A stretch of 64,000 nucleotides of DNA. Origin: Corallococcus exercitus. Its GTDB lineage: Bacteria > Myxococcota > Myxococcia > Myxococcales > Myxococcaceae. The translations under genes and the position numbers were made by a program. The number at the start of each line of letters is the position of its first letter. Position 1 is the stretch's first letter. This document shows positions 1 to 8,242 of the stretch, one piece after another. Location: contig NZ_CP102577.1 in the NCBI RefSeq assembly GCF_042231735.1, positions 3,103,281 to 3,167,280 of the forward strand, read 5' to 3'. The notes under the pieces are model-generated. The model was given only the letters and a program-made list of their open reading frames with translations. It did no database searches and was not told the DNA's origin.

Positions 1-432
1 GCGCTGGCGGAGGCGCAGGCCATTGGCATCGCGGAGACGGACCCGACCCTCGACGTGGACGGCTGGGACACGACGGGCAAGCTGATCATCCTGGCCAACG
101 CGGTGATGCGCGTGCCCACCACGCTGAAGGACGTGTCGGTGACGGGCATGCGCGGCGTGACGCGCGCGGAGCTGGAGGCGGCGAAGGCCCAGGGCGGCCA
201 GGTGCTGCTGCTGGCGCGCGGGGAGCCCGTGGGCGGCGAGCGCTGGGAGTGGAGCGTGCGCCCCACCGCCATGGACGCGTCCCATCCCCTGGCCCGGCTG
301 GGCGCGACGGAGCTGGGCGCGGTGTTCCGCAGCGACCTGCACGGCGTCCACACCCTCATCACCGGTGAGCAGGGTTCCCGTGGGACGGGGGCCGCGATGT
401 TGAGGGATGTGCTGGAGATCTTCCCGGACTGA
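1..432 (+). CDS. hom: Homoserine dehydrogenase, C-terminal part (ACT domain); 5' end lies outside the window
   Basis: The frame is open from nt 1. The translation ...ALAEAQAIGIAETDPTLDVDGWDTTGKLIILANAVM... matches the homoserine dehydrogenase C-terminal region. Codon third positions are GC-rich. Confidence 0.75.
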   Translation, partial: ALAEAQAIGIAETDPTLDVDGWDTTGKLIILANAVMRVPTTLKDVSVTGMRGVTRAELEAAKAQGGQVLLLARGEPVGGERWEWSVRPTAMDASHPLARLGATELGAVFRSDLHGVHTLITGEQGSRGTGAAMLRDVLEIFPD

Positions 433-434
433 CT

Positions 435-1370
435 TCAGCTCAGTGACTTCATGAGCCGCTCCAGCAGCGGCTCCACGAGGTCCTGCCCGCGCAGCTGGGA
501 ACGCCAGCGGTGCGGAATCCCGTTCAGACCGAAGAGGAGGCCCGCGATGCCGCCCGCCACGCAGGCCGTGGTGTCCGTGTCGTGGCCCAGCCGGATGGCG
601 GACTTGACGACCTCTTCGTAGCTCTTCCCGTTCGCCACGCAGGCGCGAGCGGAGCGCAGGCAATCCACGACGTAGCCTCCGCCCGTGCCAGGGGCCGGGT
701 CATCCGGGCGGATGTGGGCTTCCAGTTCCTCCCGCTGCGGGAAGCCTTCCACGTACAGGTCGCGGAAGGTGGCCACGGCGTCGGCCCACGGGTCCGCCGC
801 GCCCTCCAGGATGCGGCGGGCCCAGAGGCAATACAGCGCGCAGCACACCTGGGCGCGCACGTGGCCGTGTGTCACGCGCGACTGCGCCATGGCGTCGGAG
901 ACGAGCGCCGCGTCCTTGCCCTGGTGCCACAGGGCCAATGGCAACACACGCATCAGTGAGCCATTGCCGTTGTCCATCGTGCCGTTGGGGCCCGCGAGCA
1001 TCGCGGGCGTGCCATCGCGCAGCCGGCGCAGGGCCGTGCTGGTCTGGATGCCCACGTCGAACACGTCGCCGTCCACGGCGAGGTAACCCCAGTCCTGCCA
1101 GTTCACCAGCCGCCGGCCCAGGTCCTCGCAGTCGAGCCGCTTCTGATGTGTCAGCGAATCCATCAGGCACAGCGCATGGGCGCCGTCGTCCGACCACGTG
1201 CCCGGGGGAACGCGATCATGCGCGCGGTCGTAACCCGGAGGTGGGTCGTATTCGATGGCCTCCGGGGCTGGGATTGCCTCAGGCCGGTGGAACTCGTAGG
1301 GCACCCCGAGCGCGTCTCCGACGAGCAACCCATACAGTCCTCCCGCGATGCGCTCCTCGCGACTCACCAT
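435..1370 (-). CDS. ADP-ribosylglycohydrolase family protein (DraG-like)
   Basis: The N-terminal GLLVGDALGVPYEF motif and D-rich metal-binding region are typical of PF03747. The start was set at the MVSREERIAGG ATG (1370), which has a GGGAGG RBS. The ORF-track start at 1457 is probably an upstream extension. Confidence 0.8.
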   Translation of the reverse strand: MVSREERIAGGLYGLLVGDALGVPYEFHRPEAIPAPEAIEYDPPPGYDRAHDRVPPGTWSDDGAHALCLMDSLTHQKRLDCEDLGRRLVNWQDWGYLAVDGDVFDVGIQTSTALRRLRDGTPAMLAGPNGTMDNGNGSLMRVLPLALWHQGKDAALVSDAMAQSRVTHGHVRAQVCCALYCLWARRILEGAADPWADAVATFRDLYVEGFPQREELEAHIRPDDPAPGTGGGYVVDCLRSARACVANGKSYEEVVKSAIRLGHDTDTTACVAGGIAGLLFGLNGIPHRWRSQLRGQDLVEPLLERLMKSLS

Positions 1371-1527
1371 GTCCCAACCTCCCAGGTCCGTGCTCCTTCG
1401 AGATAGTGTGCCAAGGACACCATCCCTGTAAAGGCTGACGGCTCGCGCGGTGTTCACGGTTCATGCGAAGCTCTTGCGCCCTTCCTTCCAGGAACGGGAC
1501 ACCCCATCCTCACGAGAGGCGCTCCGG

Positions 1528-4500
1528 ATGCGTCGACTCACCCTGCTGACTGCCCTCTGCCTGTCTGTCCTTTCCGCCTGCTCTCCCGTGGAGCCTGAGG
1601 CACCGGATGAACCCGAGACGCCTGCGGATGCCTCGCAGACCCAGGCCCTGGAGTTGACCCAGGTCTTCAACACCCACGTGACGTGGACTGGCGCGACCAA
1701 GTGCAGCACCTGCCAGCGGCCTTCCTATGCCTGCTCGGACAACACGGGGAACTGGAACGGTGGGGTCCAGAGCTTCAGGGATCCCCTCCCTCCCGGCTGG
1801 GTGGCGATGGAAGTGCACGTGGGCATTGGCGCCCGCGGCTATGACGGTGGCATCTCCACGGTCCGGTTGAACAACCTGGTGCTGGGGTCCTTCGGGCTCC
1901 CCGACCTGAGCTGGTTCGGGTGTGGCGCCTGCACGCCGCAGCAGGTCCGCTACGCCACGACCGAGCAGACGGGGCTGCCCGGCTACCAATACGGCGCCAT
2001 CAATACCCTCACGCTGCGCACGGAAGAGACCAACTGCTTCGCCTTCGCCGACATCAGCATCAAGGCGGGGCGGCCCGTGCTCACGGTCAAGCCCACCGAG
2101 GTGTCGTTCGGCTCGGTGGCGGTGGGCGCGTCCGCCACGCAGAAGGTGACCTTGACGAACGAGGGCATCGCCCCGCTCGTCATCACCGCCATGAATGTCC
2201 CAAGTCCCTTCGGGCTGAACTCCATCACCCTGCCCTTCACGCTCAAGGCCCGCTCCAGCCTGGACGTGACCGTGACGTTCGCGCCGAAGGACGAGCGGGC
2301 CGCCTCTGGGAACCTGACCATCGTGAGCAGTGATCCCGACAAGCCGTCGCGGTTGATCAAGCTCGAGGGGACCGGCGGTGCCGCGAAACTCCAGCTCAGC
2401 CCGACCTCGCTCGACTTCGGTGCCGTGCGGGCTGGCACGAGCAAGAGCCTCCCCCTCCAGCTGAAGAACGTGGGGACCGTGCCGCTCACGCTCTCCGCCG
2501 TCCTGACCCAGGCCCCCTTCTCCGTCAGCGGCTTTGCCTCGGGGGACGTCGTGCTGCAGCCCTCGGGCGTCCTCCCGCTCACGGTGACCTTCACGGCGAC
2601 GGCCGGGGAAGCCAACCAGCCGCTGTACATCCAGTCCCAGGGGACCACCACCACGCCGATCGCGGAGGTCGCGCTGCACGGCACGGGCACCCAGCCCGCC
2701 ATCTCCGTGGCCGCGACCGCGATGGACTTCGGCGTGCACACCGCGGGCATCGAGCCGGTTCGCCAGACGCTGACGGTGGGCAACACGGGCCAGGATGATC
2801 TGATCCTCACCGCCTTCGACGTGGAGGCGCCCTTCACCGTGGAGGCCGGCCTGCCGCTGACCATCAAGCCCTGGGAACAGAAGGACCTGCCGGTGGCCTT
2901 CGCTCCCGGAGCGGGCCGCGCCACGAAGGACCTCACCCTGCGCAGCAACGACCCGAACCGTCCCGCGTTCAAGGTGTCCCTCTCCGGCACCGGCGTGAAG
3001 GTCCCCGCGCTCCAGGTCACCGGGCCGGATGGCGGCACGGCGCTGGATTTCGGCTCGCGGGAGGTCAGCTCCGTGAGCGCACCCCAGACCCTGACGCTCA
3101 AGAACGAGGGCGCGGGGACGCTCGTGGTGGAGTCCATCCAGGCACCCACCGGCTTCGCCGTGACGCCCGCGGGCCGGCTCAGCCTGACGCCCGGCGCCGC
3201 GACCCAGCTCCAGGTGACCTTCGAGCCCTCGCATACCGCCCAGTTCACGGAGGAGCTGACGGTGAGCGCGGATGGTCCTGGTGGCTCCACCCAGGTCGTG
3301 CCGCTCAGTGGGCAGGGCGTCGAGGGAAAGCTGACCGCCAATCCCTCCGCGCTGTCCTTCTCCCGGACGGAAGTGGGCAAGAGCAGCAAGGCGGTGCAGG
3401 TCACGCTCGTCAACACGGGGACGGAGGCGATCACCCTCAGCACCATCGCGGTGGCGGGACCGTTCTCGGCGGTGCTTCCGAAGCTGCCCAAGGAGCTCAC
3501 GCCGCGCGACGCCTTCACGATGGAGGTCACCTTCAGTCCGCTCGAGGACGGCCCCGCGTCCGGCGCGCTCCGGGTGTTCTCCAACGCGCCGTCGTCCCCC
3601 ACGGTGGTGAAGCTGGAGGGTGAGGGGCTCCAGGCCATCGCCCGGATGGCGAGCGACGTGATGGAGTTCGGCGGCCAGCGGGTGGGCGGCGTGAGCGCGC
3701 CACGGGAGCTCACGCTGTTCAACACGGGAAGCGAGTCGCTGGATGTGACGGCGGTGAACGTGAGCGGTCCGTTCCTGATCTCCGGACTCAACGTGGGCAC
3801 CAGCGTGCCGCCGCTCGGGAGCCGCACGTTCCAGGTCAGCTACAAGCCCACCGAGACCACGGCGGAGAACGGCGTGCTGGAGGTCCAGAGCAACGCGCCG
3901 CGCACCGCCCAGGTGACGCTGCGGGGAACGGGGACCATGGCTTCAATCGAGGCCTCCGTGACGACGCTGGCCTTCGGTTCCCAGTTCCTGGGCGCGGCCG
4001 AGCAGCGCGTCGTGGAGCTGCGCAACACCGGCACGAGCCCCATCACGCTCACGGGGTTGGATCCGGTGGACGGGTTCTCCGTGTCGGGATTGCCGCTGCC
4101 CCATCAGCTGGAGGCCGGCACCAGTCACGCGTTCTCCGTGGTGTTCGCGCCGCCGCGGCCGGGCGAGTACGCCGGGTCGCTCGCCGTGCGGCACGACGCG
4201 TCCGCCACCCCGCTGATGGTCGCGGTGCAGGGGACCGGCGTGGCGCAGGCGCTGACGGTGACGCCCGGAGCCATCGCCTTCGGCAACCAGCGGGTGAACG
4301 CCACCAGCCAGTCCCTGCCCCTGGAGCTCGTCAACACGGGCAACGTGCCCGTCACCGTGCAGGTGACCTCCTCCGACGCCGCCTTCCAGGTGGACACGCG
4401 CGCGGTGGCCGAGGCCATTCCGGCGGGAGGCCGGGCCTCGGTGTCGGTGACGTTCCACCCGACGCGCACGGGCACGGTGCGCGGAGAGGTCCGCGTGGTG

Positions 4501-4668
4501 CCGAGCGGAGGCGGACTCGCCCCGACCATCGTTCCCGTGGAGGGGATTGGCGAGGCCGTCACGGTGGAGGGCAGCGGCTGCTCCGTGGGTGGGGCTGGTG
4601 GTGCCGGGGTGCTGGCGATGTGGCTCCTCGCCATGGGGATGATCCGGCGCGGGCGGCGGCACCGCTGA
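1528..4668 (+). CDS. Cell-surface lipoprotein with ~9 tandem choice-of-anchor-D/ASH-like ~100-aa domains and a C-terminal MYXO-CTERM sorting tail
   Basis: It has a lipoprotein signal (MRRLTLLTALCLSVLSAC). It carries repeated modules with FGxVxVGxSxxxxVTLTNxGxxPL motifs. The C-terminus GSGCSVGGAGGAGVLAMWLLAMGMIRRGRRHR fits MYXO-CTERM (Cys + Gly-rich + hydrophobic + Arg cluster). Confidence 0.8.
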   Translation: MRRLTLLTALCLSVLSACSPVEPEAPDEPETPADASQTQALELTQVFNTHVTWTGATKCSTCQRPSYACSDNTGNWNGGVQSFRDPLPPGWVAMEVHVGIGARGYDGGISTVRLNNLVLGSFGLPDLSWFGCGACTPQQVRYATTEQTGLPGYQYGAINTLTLRTEETNCFAFADISIKAGRPVLTVKPTEVSFGSVAVGASATQKVTLTNEGIAPLVITAMNVPSPFGLNSITLPFTLKARSSLDVTVTFAPKDERAASGNLTIVSSDPDKPSRLIKLEGTGGAAKLQLSPTSLDFGAVRAGTSKSLPLQLKNVGTVPLTLSAVLTQAPFSVSGFASGDVVLQPSGVLPLTVTFTATAGEANQPLYIQSQGTTTTPIAEVALHGTGTQPAISVAATAMDFGVHTAGIEPVRQTLTVGNTGQDDLILTAFDVEAPFTVEAGLPLTIKPWEQKDLPVAFAPGAGRATKDLTLRSNDPNRPAFKVSLSGTGVKVPALQVTGPDGGTALDFGSREVSSVSAPQTLTLKNEGAGTLVVESIQAPTGFAVTPAGRLSLTPGAATQLQVTFEPSHTAQFTEELTVSADGPGGSTQVVPLSGQGVEGKLTANPSALSFSRTEVGKSSKAVQVTLVNTGTEAITLSTIAVAGPFSAVLPKLPKELTPRDAFTMEVTFSPLEDGPASGALRVFSNAPSSPTVVKLEGEGLQAIARMASDVMEFGGQRVGGVSAPRELTLFNTGSESLDVTAVNVSGPFLISGLNVGTSVPPLGSRTFQVSYKPTETTAENGVLEVQSNAPRTAQVTLRGTGTMASIEASVTTLAFGSQFLGAAEQRVVELRNTGTSPITLTGLDPVDGFSVSGLPLPHQLEAGTSHAFSVVFAPPRPGEYAGSLAVRHDASATPLMVAVQGTGVAQALTVTPGAIAFGNQRVNATSQSLPLELVNTGNVPVTVQVTSSDAAFQVDTRAVAEAIPAGGRASVSVTFHPTRTGTVRGEVRVVPSGGGLAPTIVPVEGIGEAVTVEGSGCSVGGAGGAGVLAMWLLAMGMIRRGRRHR

Positions 4669-4711
4669 GCCTGCGCACCTCCGCGGTGGCCGCCTCTCCC
4701 CGAGGCGGTCC

Positions 4712-4995
4712 AAACCTGTCCGACAGTCGGACAGGTTTCCGCGGCGGGAGCCCGTCAGGGCCGGGGGCCGCCGGGGGTGTCGAAACCGGTCCGATTGTCG
4801 GACAGGTTTCCGCGGCGGGAGCCCGTCAGGGCCGGGGGGCCGCCGGGGTTGCCACAACCTGTCCGACAGTCGGACAGGTTTCAGTGGCGGAAGTCCATCA
4901 GGGCCCGGAGCCCGCCGGGGTTGCCACAACCTGTCCGACAGTCGGACCGGTTCGTGCGACGGGCGGCCGGCGGCGAGCCCCGGCAGGGTTCTCAT
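4712..4995. repeat. Tandem array of 4 copies of a ~70-74 bp unit, each starting with the 19-bp perfect palindrome CTGTCCGACAGTCGGACAG (copy 2 degenerate: GGTCCGATTGTCGGACAG); intergenic between convergent genes
   Basis: The palindrome copies start at ~4716, 4786, 4860 and 4931. Units 1-3 are conserved along their whole length (GGTTTCCGCGGCGGGAGCCCGTCAGGGCCGGGGGCCGCCGGGG...). Unit 4 diverges after the palindrome. All six frames translate it as repeats (PVRQSDRF/PVRLSDRL), so it is non-coding. Confidence 0.85.
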
Positions 4996-5031
4996 GTTCC
5001 AGCCATCCGAGGAGGGCTGCTGCCCGAACGC

Positions 5032-6612
5032 TCAGGGAGGAGGCGGCGCGGGAATGGGACGAGCCGGAGCGGGCTCGCCCAGGATCAACAGCAGCTCCGC
5101 GCGGCGGTTCTCGCCCCGGCCCGCCTGTGTGCCATTGGAGCTCGCGGGCCGGCGTGCACCGAGGCCCCGGGCTTCCAGGCGGTGGGCCGGGACGCCCTTC
5201 CGCAAGAGGTAGTCGCGCACGGCTTCCGCGCGGGCCAGGGACAGGCGCTGGTTGGAGGCGGAAGAGCCCTCCGCGTCCGTGTGCCCTTCGATGACGACGC
5301 GCTCGACTTCCGGATGCTCCAGGAGCACCCGCGCCACCTGATCCAGCACGCGCGAGCGGCCCGGCAGCGTCGTCGCGCCGACCTCGAAGAAGACCTGGCC
5401 ATGGAGGACCAGGCGCTCGCGGGTCAGGGTGACGAGCGGGTCGCCGGACTCAGGGCAACCGCCGTACTCCCGCGTCCCCTTCTCATGGACGCAGGCATCC
5501 AGCGCGTCCACGACGCCGTCTCCGTCCGTGTCGGTCTCGATGCCTGACGAGTTCCCGGACGGCTCTGGCGTGGGCTCGGGAGGCGTGGGTTCAGGAGGCG
5601 TGGGCTCGGGCTCGAGCTGGGGTTCGGCGGGAGCACGTGGCAGCCCTTGGACGATCTCATAGACGATGTCCTCCGGGGGCGGAGGCGGTGCCTTGTCGAA
5701 GAGCAGGGCCAGTCCCGCAAGCACCCGGAAGCGAGGGGAACCCGGCTCCGAGCCAACCCCCGCCCCGCCCATGGCGAAGAATTCCCAGGGCCGAGCGGGT
5801 GCGTAGCGAAGGCCGCCGAGCAGCTCGCCGCTGGTGCGCTGCTGCCGCCAGGAGTACGCACCGTTCGCGGACACCTCCGCGCGGAAGGCGTAACCCACGG
5901 TGAGCCCCACACCGGCCCGCAGCTCGTTGCCCACGCCGTTGAGGCTGTCCACGCCGGAGTCCGTCGACACGGCGCGACGCAGGAGCACGCCCACTTCCAG
6001 CGCCGGAGCCACGGGCCCCCAGCGCTTGCCCATCATGATCCGTCCCTGCCCGCGGACACCCTGGTCACGAGCCAGCGCTCCCGAGCCGCCCACGGGCAAC
6101 CGCACGTCCAGGTCGAGCGCCAGGTGAAAGGCCTCGGGAGCGGAGGTCCCCAGCAATCCCAGCCGGGCCGCGAGTCGCGGTGCCCCCAACCCGCTGCGTG
6201 ACGGAGGGGAGATGGACAGCACGGTGCTCACATCCGCACCGCTCTGGTGGATGACGCCAGGAAGCTGGGCCTGAAGCTCCAGCCAGGGCAGCACACCGAC
6301 GGCCAGCGACACCAGTCCGGTGGTCCGGGACAGGACGAGCGGGTACTCGTCCGACCCGTTCAGGATGGTCAGGGGAGCCCGCTGGTAGTGCGCCATCAGC
6401 GAGACGCGCACCGCCCCGGGCGCCAGCAGCTCGCCGCTTCCGAGCGCCAACGGCCCCAGCCCCGGATTCGGATCCAGGCGCTCCAGGGAGAACGTCGGCA
6501 GGGGCGTGGCGTCCTGGGCGCGCGCGGGGGATACGAGCAGCATCAGTCCCAGCGCGGCCCCGCCACGGACGCATCGGTGCAAGGCCGGACCCATGCGCGC
6601 ATCATCCGTCAT
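5032..6612 (-). CDS. OmpA-family outer-membrane protein (N-terminal beta-barrel-like domain, Pro/Glu-rich linker, TSP3-like DxDxDG Ca-binding motif, C-terminal OmpA peptidoglycan-binding domain)
   Basis: The C-terminus ...HGQVFFEVGATTLPGRSRVLDQVARVL...VIEGHTDAEGSSASNQRLSLARAEAVRDYLL...NRRAEL is canonical OmpA_C. It has a DTDGDGVVDALDAC motif, an EPTPPEPTPPEPTP linker and a signal-peptide-like N-terminus (ALGLMLLVSPARAQD). The start is uncertain (6594/6612/6651). Confidence 0.85.
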   Translation of the reverse strand: MTDDARMGPALHRCVRGGAALGLMLLVSPARAQDATPLPTFSLERLDPNPGLGPLALGSGELLAPGAVRVSLMAHYQRAPLTILNGSDEYPLVLSRTTGLVSLAVGVLPWLELQAQLPGVIHQSGADVSTVLSISPPSRSGLGAPRLAARLGLLGTSAPEAFHLALDLDVRLPVGGSGALARDQGVRGQGRIMMGKRWGPVAPALEVGVLLRRAVSTDSGVDSLNGVGNELRAGVGLTVGYAFRAEVSANGAYSWRQQRTSGELLGGLRYAPARPWEFFAMGGAGVGSEPGSPRFRVLAGLALLFDKAPPPPPEDIVYEIVQGLPRAPAEPQLEPEPTPPEPTPPEPTPEPSGNSSGIETDTDGDGVVDALDACVHEKGTREYGGCPESGDPLVTLTRERLVLHGQVFFEVGATTLPGRSRVLDQVARVLLEHPEVERVVIEGHTDAEGSSASNQRLSLARAEAVRDYLLRKGVPAHRLEARGLGARRPASSNGTQAGRGENRRAELLLILGEPAPARPIPAPPPP

Positions 6613-6741
6613 GTTCCGCCCGGGGCGAAGGGGAATGGCGGCGCGCGGCATTCGTGCATCGTCACCGGAATGGATGCGACTCCGATTCCATTCCAGAATC
6701 CCAGACTAGACTGCGCCGGCAGCGCCCCCCACGGAAACACG

Positions 6742-6803
6742 CTCAGACAAGGGTAGCCACAAGGCATCCTGACACAAGGCAAGAAGGCCAAAAGGACAAG
6801 AAG
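6742..6803 (+). promoter_or_regulatory. Cluster of short direct repeats (G/C)ACAAGG x3 plus AAGAAGG/AAAAGGA variants in the divergent intergenic region at the left edge of the AT-rich island
   Basis: agaCAAGGgtagccaCAAGGcatcctgacaCAAGGcaAGAAGGccaAAAGGacAAGAAGc lies ~80-130 bp upstream of the island ORF at 6879. These are possible transcription-factor sites or a promoter. There is no functional evidence. Confidence 0.25.
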
Positions 6804-6878
6804 CAGAGTAGTCCGGCACGCATCCCTGATAACCTGCTGCCCATGCAAAACCTACAGGCACATTGGGACAAAAAATGA

Positions 6879-8021
6879 ATGAACAAGCACCTTAAGCTCG
6901 ACGTGCAAGTCGCTGAAGATGACCCAATTCGAAAATCATTGCTCAACCAACGGGTACAGCACTTAGAATCTGATGGTCTGAGTGTTCCCGAAGATGAGCT
7001 TCTTACATATTCCTTGTTCTACGAGTGGGACAACTCTCCAGGATGGCGGAGCTACGCCGATCTGAACAGGAAGCTTCCAGAGCGACGCACCCGGTTTGGG
7101 GACTTCCTAACAACAGACGCAGAAGAATCCTACCGACTTCGGCGCAAACCAGTATCGGACATCATTGAGTCGCTGGGCATTGGAGCAGCTCTCTCTGTCT
7201 CAGCTAGATTACTAGGGGTAACCGAGGCAGATTTCCTGAAAGTCCCAGACACCTCACTGGGAAGAACATTGGACTTCGAAAGAAGCTATGTCGCATCCGA
7301 TGGCGATCACTCCTACCGAGTAGAAGCCAAAGGAACGCACGATGGAAAGAGCGTCTCTTCAGCTCTCGACTCAATTAAAGCCAAGAAAATCTTTGACCGC
7401 AATTCAAAACAAGACGATGCTACCCTTGTTGGTGTTGTTTTCGATTTATCACTAGAGCGAAAACGCACATCCAAGGTAATTATCACTGACCCACCGGCAG
7501 AACCGATCCCCGAAAATCCAATTCTTATAAAACTATGGGCCCGACTTGGCTTTTACTCAGCGGCGCTGCGAACGATTTCCCGTGGCTCAATCACTGCAGG
7601 ATTTGCACAGCGACTCCCCGTCACAAGAGCACTTGGGGATCAGTGGCGGAAGGTTGATGGAATACCTCTCGTCAACCCAAGCGGCTATCCACTTGCTGTC
7701 TCATGGAACAAAAGCGGCATAGTTACACTTGCTTCACGGGAGCGGATTTTTGGACGATTCTTTGGCCCTGCATCAAAATCAACACGCAGGCAAACATCCT
7801 CTGAAGATGTGTCCATCTTCATCGGCTTGACTGAAAACACAATAGAACTGCTCACCAAACAGCGCCTCGAAGAAATAATATACCACAAAGAACGAGAAAG
7901 AGTTGCGGAAGCGAGCTACCCAGCCTATTCGCCATTTGAGGCTCGACCGCCATTTCGCTTTCAACATCTGCGCGTTTTTTCTTCGGGTGTTGTTGTGGGA
8001 TACCTTATCGGCAACGTTTGA
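6879..8021 (+). CDS. Hypothetical protein (380 aa) encoded on AT-rich island; no confidently recognisable domain
   Basis: The 1143-nt ORF sits in a region visibly poorer in GC than the flanks (roughly 45-50% by eye against ~70%). Codon use is atypical for the host (many A/T-ending codons). Weak motifs only: LDFERSYVASDGDHSYRVEAKG (D-x17-ExK, PD-(D/E)xK-like) and IIESLGIGAAL ... ITDPPAEP (loosely SAM-MTase motif I/IV-like but lacking the aromatic residue). The start has no obvious RBS. Confidence 0.55.
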   Translation: MNKHLKLDVQVAEDDPIRKSLLNQRVQHLESDGLSVPEDELLTYSLFYEWDNSPGWRSYADLNRKLPERRTRFGDFLTTDAEESYRLRRKPVSDIIESLGIGAALSVSARLLGVTEADFLKVPDTSLGRTLDFERSYVASDGDHSYRVEAKGTHDGKSVSSALDSIKAKKIFDRNSKQDDATLVGVVFDLSLERKRTSKVIITDPPAEPIPENPILIKLWARLGFYSAALRTISRGSITAGFAQRLPVTRALGDQWRKVDGIPLVNPSGYPLAVSWNKSGIVTLASRERIFGRFFGPASKSTRRQTSSEDVSIFIGLTENTIELLTKQRLEEIIYHKERERVAEASYPAYSPFEARPPFRFQHLRVFSSGVVVGYLIGNV

Positions 8022-8037
8022 GGCAATTGGGCCACCT

Positions 8038-8163
8038 CTCTATAGTCGCAGATTGACGCGGATTCCACGGGAGTGGCATCGGCAGCGCATGGCAACCGCT
8101 CGCTGATTGCGTTGGTAGAGGGGCACACTGAGGTCAAGTCCAACCCCGCTCCGATCTATAGTT
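8038..8163 (+). promoter_or_regulatory. Two copies of the palindromic hexamer CTATAG in similar context (cTCTATAGTcgcag / aTCTATAGTtcacg), 117 bp apart, in the 222-bp gap between the two island genes
   Basis: CTATAG is A/T-rich and self-complementary, so it is unexpected in this GC-rich genome. The pair lies upstream of the GTG start of the second island gene. It is a possible operator. Confidence 0.25.
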
Positions 8164-8242
8164 CACGAACGCGAACGCGCAGGCTGCGCGCGAGTAGAGT
8201 GCACAGGTCCAGTGCCGCAGTTCACGGGGGGAGGAGTCTAAA

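Noticed and set aside
1510-3827. Long antisense ORFs (1510..3234-, 1983..3827-) inside the MYXO-CTERM surface-protein gene. Similar ones occur elsewhere (19314..21476+, 36807..42086-, 43209..45212-, 59696..62335+)
   Set aside because: They are GC-rich-genome artefacts. The products are low-complexity Arg/Gly/Ala-rich with no homology. Each overlaps a sense-strand gene with clear family signatures.
4700-4995. Possible CRISPR array (regular ~72-bp periodicity with a palindromic core)
   Set aside because: Units 1-3 are conserved along their whole length, including the would-be spacers. There are only 4 copies and no cas genes nearby. This is a tandem repeat, not a repeat/spacer structure.
3943-5547. 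ORFs 3943..4995(-), 4620..5294(+), 4777..5547(+) spanning the repeat array and overlapping the OmpA-family gene
   Set aside because: Their translations are just the repeat read in each frame (PVRLSDRLWQPRR…/PVRQSDRF…). They overlap real genes in antisense and are explained by high GC content.
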